Positions 62,893-64,000 of a stretch of DNA of 64,000 bases are shown in pieces. Position numbers and translations under genes: made by a program. The notes under the pieces are model-generated. The model searched no databases. It had not been told where the DNA came from and saw only the letters and a program-made list of their open reading frames with translations. Origin of the DNA: Raillietiella orientalis (Eukaryota); NCBI GenBank assembly GCA_036172245.1, contig JAYWIR010000075.1, positions 248,001-312,000 of the forward strand, given 5' to 3'. Numbering within the stretch: the first letter of the stretch is position 1; every line of letters begins with the position of its first letter.

Positions 62893-64000
62893 TACCAAAC
62901 TTATAAGTATCTGAGAAAACCGGTCGGCCTGGGAATATCTCCGGAAGACCTATCTAAGAATCAGCCGCTAGCTGTAGCATTTTAGACTATGTGCTTACCC
63001 CACGGCAGAAAATGGATCCCACGAGAGCCTTCTACTACTCGAATCTGCTGCATTATCGACGGAGGGTGTTTAAGAAGGTAAATTTTGGTCTCAACTCAAC
63101 CATCAGAAAACATATCAAGGATGTCTAAGCTTGCCTAGAAGGGCAGCTAACGAGTATCTATACTCTGATCGGACGAGAGAATACCTTGGTCTCCCCAATT
63201 TACCGGACGAAACTTCTCGGTCGACAGCTGCTTTAAGCTATTGATACCCAGGGATCAGAAATCTAGCTGGTGCACCCTCCACACAGTAGCAAAGAAGAAA
63301 ATGAGAACCTTATCTTCGGACGGCGATTTGGCGAGATTTGAGTCTGGCTCAATCATTGGTGAATCAGCACCTCCCAGAAGTGATAGGTACGGTATCTATG
63401 AACGGTAGGAAGACAAGCCTCCAGTCGACTGAAGGCAACCTGAAGTTTTCGACGATGATCTCCATTGGACATCTAATCCACAATCGTTATATGAATAGGA
63501 AACTCACAGCTGATTTGCGCGCACTCGCGCAAGCGCGGCTTTTTCTGATAAAAAAATATCCTGTCCAGGACAAAGCTATGTCCTGAGCTGGTCAGCACCA
63601 CAATTCCAGTAGCCTTCTTTATAACGGGGACCACATGCGAGTTCGTGGGCTAACACTTCATGCACGCGGTTTGAGTTAACCTATTGCCAGTACGAGCCTA
63701 TTACCACTACACACATGGGAAGCGGTATCAACAACATATGCAGATGTCTAGTTTGGCAAGAGCAGTTTGATGTACCTTCAGCATACCACGGCACCGCCAA
63801 CCATCGTACATTCAATTCCGAAACCATCGCCTATAGTCGTCATGAGTTGGTAAACAAATCAAAAAGGATGCCGACAGAACATGGGGCTGTCTGCTTCCGA
63901 TTAAGCGATCCCCGGAACAGATTTTAGCCTCCTACCTGATCTTGTTTTGCAATGTGACGAATGGGTGATCATACCCGACGTAGTTTGCCCATTTGAAAGG
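62893..64000 (+). mobile_element. NeSL/Utopia-like restriction-endonuclease (RLE) non-LTR retrotransposon remnant, 5'-truncated, runs off window
   Basis: YKYLRKPVG (62902); LPRRAANEYLYSDRTREYLGLP (63131); VDSCFKLL; PVQDKAM; HFMHAV*VNLLPV; and RLE motif PDLVLQCDEWVIIPDVVCPFER (63935-64000). Many stops and frameshifts. Confidence 0.8.

Overview
Eukaryotic genomic DNA, most likely arthropod or panarthropod. The only intact gene I can support is a single-exon atonal-class proneural bHLH gene on the minus strand (42544-43185), with a TATA-like box, CCAAT box, Su(H) site and AATAAA. Its 3' side (~19.9-42.3 kb) is a GC/CpG-rich gene desert with several AT-rich motif clusters that look like enhancers. 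Further left (~4.5-16.1 kb, minus strand) lie the decayed remains of a nudel-like LDLa/SRCR/serine-protease gene. It carries in-frame stops, frameshifts, lost cysteines and TE insertions, and may include a second tandem module array. The rest is old retrotransposon debris (I, CR1/L2, RTE, Tx1/L1, NeSL/Utopia-like, Gypsy), a poly(A)-tailed SINE-like family with a terminal hairpin, and several conspicuous palindromes. Homology calls come from my manual translation and remembered family motifs, not from database searches. Boundaries of degraded elements are approximate.
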